From Mycolicibacterium smegmatis (GTDB taxonomy: Bacteria > Actinomycetota > Actinomycetes > Mycobacteriales > Mycobacteriaceae): a stretch of DNA of 32,000 bases. The translations under genes were made by a program, and so were the position numbers. Where the stretch lies: NCBI RefSeq assembly GCF_001457595.1, contig NZ_LN831039.1, positions 5,280,001 through 5,312,000 on the forward strand. Direction: 5' to 3'. Under the pieces are notes generated by a model, which did not search any database, was not told where the DNA came from, and saw only the letters and a program-made list of their open reading frames with translations. Of this stretch, positions 28,188 through 32,000 are shown piece by piece (the stretch's first letter is position 1; every line of letters begins with the position of its first letter).

Positions 28188-28222
28188 AAACTAGACGAGT
28201 AGGTTTACTAGGTCAACCTACT
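28188..28222 (-). promoter_or_regulatory. Putative promoter of the thiolase-hydratase-dehydrogenase operon with an overlapping 8-9-8 inverted repeat (candidate operator of the adjacent FadR-type regulator)
   Basis: The minus strand reads TTGACC (28216-28211), a 17-nt spacer, then TAGTTT (28193-28188). The inverted repeat AGTAGGTT (28198-28205) N9 AACCTACT (28215-28222) is perfect and spans the -35 and the spacer. Confidence 0.4.
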
Positions 28223-28327
28223 GGTTGGTCGAGTTCGCTGGGAACTCCGCCACGCCGATAGATGGTTTACTGAGTTGTATAGCTGGCCTGCCCGGCCACG
28301 TCGAGTATCACCTGCAGGGAGTTAGTT

Positions 28328-29119
28328 GTGGCCGGATCCACACCGCTGGCGCCGATGATCGGGCCTGATGCGATAACGCCTCGGGCCGCCGTCCGGTCAC
28401 CCAAGACCGCTGAACTCGTCGCGGGCACTCTACGCCGCATGGTGGTGGAGGGTCAGCTCAAGGACGGCGACTTCCTCCCCAACGAGGCCGAGCTCATGAG
28501 CCATTTCGGCGTGAGCCGCCCGACGCTGCGCGAGGCCGTGCGCGTCCTGGAGTCGGAGCGCCTGGTCGAGGTGCGCCGCGGGTCGCGCACGGGAGCCCGC
28601 GTGCGGGTACCCGGCCCGGAGATCGTCGCGCGCCCCGCGGGTCTGCTGCTCGAACTGTCCGGGGCCGACATCGCCGACCTGCTCGTCGCCCGCTCGGCGA
28701 TCGAACCGATGGCCGCGCGCCTGCTCGCCGAGAACGGCACCGAGGAGCAGTTCGCCGAACTCGACCGCATGCTCGAAGAGCACATTCCCAGCGACTGGCA
28801 GTCCGACCGGCTGGCCGAGACCACGGGCGACTTCCACCGCCGCGTCGTGGAACTGTCGGGCAACGCCACCCTCGGCATCATTGCCGGCATGCTGCACGAG
28901 ATCACGGTGCGCCATCACCAGTTCCTGTTCCGCGAGCACCGGCCGGTCTCCAAGTCCGACTACGACAAGCTCATGCGGTCCTACCGCAAGCTCATGCAGA
29001 TCATGCGCTCGGGTGACGGCGATGCCGCCGAGGCCCACTGGCGCACGCACCTCGACACCGCCCGGGCCCTGATGTTGCAGGGGTTGGAGTCGGTGAAGGT
29101 GCGGGATGTGATGGGCTAG
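28328..29119 (+). CDS. FadR-subfamily GntR transcriptional regulator (wHTH plus FCD domain)
   Basis: 263-aa ORF. LPNEAELMSHFGVSRPTLREAVRVLESERLVEVRRGSRTGARV, then an all-helical FCD-like C-domain with His residues (FHRRVVEL, HWRTHLD). The track start is GTG 28328; ATG 28355 is an alternative. Confidence 0.85.
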   Translation: MAGSTPLAPMIGPDAITPRAAVRSPKTAELVAGTLRRMVVEGQLKDGDFLPNEAELMSHFGVSRPTLREAVRVLESERLVEVRRGSRTGARVRVPGPEIVARPAGLLLELSGADIADLLVARSAIEPMAARLLAENGTEEQFAELDRMLEEHIPSDWQSDRLAETTGDFHRRVVELSGNATLGIIAGMLHEITVRHHQFLFREHRPVSKSDYDKLMRSYRKLMQIMRSGDGDAAEAHWRTHLDTARALMLQGLESVKVRDVMG

Positions 29120-29496
29120 TCGGGCCAGACCGCGAGGCGCGCGTCGGTGTCGCGCCACCCGTCGGAGGTCTTCCACCGCATGGGCAGCAGGCGGTAGCGC
29201 CAGCTGCCCGGCGGGCCGTCGGCGCCGACGTGGTCGACCGACAGCGAGATGAGGTCGGGGGCAAGGTGTTTGGCGTGGGTCTCCAGGTACACACCGGCCT
29301 CGTCGTCCAGGTCGGACATCAACTCGCCGTAGAGCAGTCGCGGGCCGGGCGCCCGGTACGCGAGCACGCATCTCTCCCGCTGCGGGCAGTGGTGGGCGCG
29401 CACGGCCACGTGACACCCCGTGTCCACGCTGCCCAGGTCGCTCATCAGCCGCCCGGAGCCGTCCAGCCACACCGCAACGGGCTCAGGCGTGTTCAC
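29116..29496 (-). CDS. Hypothetical 126-aa soluble protein with a CH-x5-HHC-x5-C cluster
   Basis: ORF in the track with strong G/C bias at third codon positions (read by hand). The GTG start lies 14 nt inside the 3' end of the upstream membrane-protein gene; an alternative GTG is at 29472. I recognise no family. Confidence 0.55.
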   Translation of the reverse strand: MNTPEPVAVWLDGSGRLMSDLGSVDTGCHVAVRAHHCPQRERCVLAYRAPGPRLLYGELMSDLDDEAGVYLETHAKHLAPDLISLSVDHVGADGPPGSWRYRLLPMRWKTSDGWRDTDARLAVWPD

Positions 29497-31237
29497 GTCG
29501 TTCGCCGGAGAGACTGTGCACGCCGTGGACCGGCACGTCGTCGTCCCACGGTTGCCGTGTCACCATGTCGGCGACCTTGACGTAGCCGCGCTCGAACTCG
29601 CCCGTGGCCGCGTCGACCAGGCGGTAGTTCTGGGTCTGGCGCTGGATCGGCTGGGCATCGAGCATGACGATCCGCACCTCACCGGGTTCGAAGTGGCACC
29701 GTTTCTGCAGTGCGTCGACGAGTTGTTCGTTGCTCATGTGCCCGTCGCCGAAGTTCCAGCCGATCGCGGTCGAGACGATCCGCTCGCCGTCGGTCAGCAC
29801 GTACTCGCCCTCGTCGTGGCCCGCCATCGCGCGGTGCGCGAGCGTGAACAGCGCGCGGCCGTGAGAGTTGAACCCGCGGAACGCATATCCCATGTACAGA
29901 TACATCTGGGCAGTCTCGGGGCTGCCGTAGTACCGCTCCATCTGCGCCGCGGGCATGCTGGCGATCGCGACGATGTTCTTCTCGATCTTCTCCGCGGCCG
30001 ACGGCTTGACGCACCACAGCGAGGTGTCCCAGTTGCCGGCGTAGTAGCGCATGCCGGGCAGGAACGAGATCTTGCGCGGGAAGAGGTTTCCCAGCGTCAC
30101 CGTGGTGACCAGCACCGCCAACAGCAGCAGCGGCAGCGGCGTGCTCAGGTCGGTGATGCCGACGTCGGCGTGCCCGACGAACAACGTTGCCACGCAGAAG
30201 ATCATGAACACGTTCCACTCCAGCGGCACGCCCATGGGGATGGCACTGAGGATGCCGAAGTGGAAGCAGATCATCACGGTCGCCGCGAGCGCGGTGGGCC
30301 ATCCGCCGTGGGAGAAGAACAGCGCCAGCGGCACCAGCATCTCGATCGCGGTGCTGACGTGCGCGAGCCAGCGCGAGGGGCGGCCGGGCCGTAGATCATC
30401 CGGGAAGTGTTCGAAGAACTTGCGTTTGATGAACCGTGGCCGCAGCACCGGGTTGTTGCTCATCATCGTCGAGATGACGAACGGGAAGTGTTTGTTGAGC
30501 TTGGAGGTGGCCGCGCCCAGCCAGATCACCATGCACACCAGCTTGGCGGCCAGGATCGCGTCGACGCCGTGACCGGCGAACAGGAACGCGACCGTGAACG
30601 ACGCGTACACCTCGCCGCGCGCGGCCAGGAAGATGACCTTGTCGCGCAGACCGAGCACCGCGAGAAGCACCAGCACCGCGGCGATCTGCCACATCGGCAG
30701 CACGCCGATCTCGGTGCCGAGTGCGGGCAGCGGCCCCGTACCGTCGGAGAAGATCGCGATCAGCAGCACCACGAGCAGCGCGCCGTACAGCACCGCGTCG
30801 AACACCGTGCGGGTGTCACCCTTGGTCAGCGGCACGCGGTCGGGCCACGGGGGCAGGCGAATGGTCTTCGGCCGCAACCAGTACAGGATCGACCCCATCG
30901 GCGGGAAAAACCGGTTGTTGAGCGGGCCGAAGCCGCAGCCTAGTCCCACGACCTCGTACAGCATGGTGTAGAGCACGACCTTCTCGAACACGATCGGTTC
31001 GGTCCACCAGTCGGCGACCGCGGTGAAACCGTCGATGCCGCGCGTGCTCAGCACCACGAGCCACGCGCCCAGGACGTACAGGCAGATCTTCACGACGTAG
31101 AACAGATGCAGCGCGACCGGGGTGCCGAACCCGACCTCGGCCCAGTGGCGGGCCATCGGCCGGATCTTCTCGGCGCGAGTGCCCTTGCTCCACTCCTCGA
31201 AGTCGACTTGCGGAGCGGTCTGCTTGAGAAAGCCCAT
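29483..31237 (-). CDS. Uncharacterised polytopic membrane protein, 584 aa (DUF3556-like from memory)
   Basis: ATG 31237. About 9-10 hydrophobic segments in the first 390 aa or so, then a roughly 190-aa non-hydrophobic C-terminal domain. The size and the N-terminus MGFLKQTAPQVDFEEWSKGTRAEKIRPMARHWAEVGFG fit my recollection of the 576-592-aa DUF3556 family. This needs an HMM check. Confidence 0.8.
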   Translation of the reverse strand: MGFLKQTAPQVDFEEWSKGTRAEKIRPMARHWAEVGFGTPVALHLFYVVKICLYVLGAWLVVLSTRGIDGFTAVADWWTEPIVFEKVVLYTMLYEVVGLGCGFGPLNNRFFPPMGSILYWLRPKTIRLPPWPDRVPLTKGDTRTVFDAVLYGALLVVLLIAIFSDGTGPLPALGTEIGVLPMWQIAAVLVLLAVLGLRDKVIFLAARGEVYASFTVAFLFAGHGVDAILAAKLVCMVIWLGAATSKLNKHFPFVISTMMSNNPVLRPRFIKRKFFEHFPDDLRPGRPSRWLAHVSTAIEMLVPLALFFSHGGWPTALAATVMICFHFGILSAIPMGVPLEWNVFMIFCVATLFVGHADVGITDLSTPLPLLLLAVLVTTVTLGNLFPRKISFLPGMRYYAGNWDTSLWCVKPSAAEKIEKNIVAIASMPAAQMERYYGSPETAQMYLYMGYAFRGFNSHGRALFTLAHRAMAGHDEGEYVLTDGERIVSTAIGWNFGDGHMSNEQLVDALQKRCHFEPGEVRIVMLDAQPIQRQTQNYRLVDAATGEFERGYVKVADMVTRQPWDDDVPVHGVHSLSGERREHA

Positions 31238-31244
31238 GCGGGCC

Positions 31245-31274
31245 AGATTAGAACGTGTTCTAGTCGCCTGTCAG
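31245..31274 (-). promoter_or_regulatory. Sigma-A-like promoter with an embedded KstR-consensus operator
   Basis: The minus strand reads CTGACA (31274-31269), an 18-nt spacer, TAATCT (31250-31245), 7 nt, then ATG (31237). The operator TAGAACACGTTCTA (31262-31249) is a perfect match to TnnAACnnGTTnnA. Confidence 0.6.
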
Positions 31275-31795
31275 CCGGTCTCGGCCGGTGGGCGGTAGAA
31301 GATCGCCAACTGGCCGATTCCGCCGGCCAGACCGAGTACCACCGCGATCGCGAGCCCCCACCAGCCGTACAGGTAGTCGTAGAAACCGGTGCCGGAGAAC
31401 AGCAGGTGATCCAGGCTGAAGCGGCCCGCCCCGGTCCCGGCGATCGCGATCGCGGCGACCGCGAGGATCAGGTTGTACTCCCAGCCCTCCTTGACGATGA
31501 AGAAGCCGTTGGCCCGGTGCACGGTCCACGCCGCGACGAGCATCAGCGCGACGAAACCCGCCGCGGGAATCGGCGTCAGCAGGCCCACCGCCAGACCGAG
31601 GCCTGCGGCGATCTCGGTGGTGGCCGCCACGCGGGCGTGGAACATACCGGGCTTCATGCCGATGCTGTCGAACCAGCCCGCGGTGCCGGGGATGCGGCCG
31701 CCGCCGAAGAACTTGTTGTAGCCGTGAGCTGCCATGGTGAGGCCGAGAACCACGCGCAGGATCAGGATCGCAGTGTCGAACGCACTTTCCGCCAT
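31271..31795 (-). CDS. DoxX family membrane protein (MhqP-like)
   Basis: ORF 31271..31909. ATG 31795 (MAESAFDTAILILRVVLGLTMAAHGYNKFFGGG...) is preferred. Four TM segments; FFIVKEGWEYNL and GAGRFSLD motifs are typical of DoxX. Confidence 0.85.
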   Translation of the reverse strand: MAESAFDTAILILRVVLGLTMAAHGYNKFFGGGRIPGTAGWFDSIGMKPGMFHARVAATTEIAAGLGLAVGLLTPIPAAGFVALMLVAAWTVHRANGFFIVKEGWEYNLILAVAAIAIAGTGAGRFSLDHLLFSGTGFYDYLYGWWGLAIAVVLGLAGGIGQLAIFYRPPAETG

Positions 31796-31817
31796 GTGAC
31801 GAAATCTAAGCCATCTG

Positions 31818-32000
31818 TCACGCGGCTGCCCACCCCCCGTCCACACTGAGGATGGCACCGTGGATGTTGGCGGCCTCGTCACCGGCCAGGAACACCACCG
31901 CGGCGGCAACTTCCTCGGGCGTGCTCATCCGCCGCGACGGTATGCGGGCGAGCACCCCGGACACATGGTCGGCAGCCTCCAGCACCCGCTCGGTGGCGAT
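31818..32000 (-). CDS. 3' end of an SDR family oxidoreductase (partial; start outside the window)
   Basis: Hand translation gives ...RRMSTPEEVAAAVVFLAGDEAANIHGAILSVDGGWAAA followed by TGA at 31820-31818, a classic SDR C-terminus. The stop lies 22 nt upstream of the DoxX start. Confidence 0.7.
   Translation of the reverse strand: MATERVLEAADHVSGVLARIPSRRMSTPEEVAAAVVFLAGDEAANIHGAILSVDGGWAAA

Noticed and set aside
28153-28194. 13-codon ORF MGSCNPNGRCGRN in the fadA leader region
   Set aside because: It is too short, has no SD, lies on the strand opposite to the leader transcript, and is probably fortuitous.

Overview
High-GC actinobacterial chromosomal DNA with about 36 tightly packed protein genes. 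I saw no rRNA, tRNA, CRISPR array, IS or transposase, integrase or phage genes. Gene content and order match the mycobacterial core region syntenic with M. tuberculosis Rv1141c-Rv1155: echA, mcr, an Rv1144-like SDR, mmpL13, a Sir2 deacylase, GntR, omt and the Rv1155 PPOX. The extra genes suggest a fast-growing Mycolicibacterium of the M. smegmatis type. That assignment comes from my memory of the Mtb map, not from a search. Content is housekeeping and accessory metabolism: beta-oxidation and lipid enzymes in two operons, five MFS/MMPL/SSS transporters, two DoxX proteins, several TetR/GntR/AraC regulators, a fasciclin secreted protein and a CPBP protease. Many long ORFs in the track are antisense shadow ORFs or false N-terminal extensions typical of high-GC DNA, so I trimmed or rejected them. 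Items worth a second look: (1) an exact KstR-consensus operator inside a promoter that would give a leaderless mRNA, in front of an uncharacterised pair of a 584-aa polytopic membrane protein and an overlapping 126-aa Cys/His protein, just downstream of SDR and DoxX genes; (2) two copies of one GATATC-containing palindrome placed symmetrically after two convergent genes; (3) a HicB-type antitoxin with no HicA partner; (4) a roughly 330-bp low-GC gap holding mutually antisense small ORFs and a strong terminator; (5) an uninterrupted mmpL13-like gene translationally coupled to a TetR and a methyltransferase, with a palindromic operator over its -10; (6) a conserved 56-aa ORF missing from the ORF track. 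None of this proves a new system. The KstR-controlled membrane-protein module is the best candidate for new biology.
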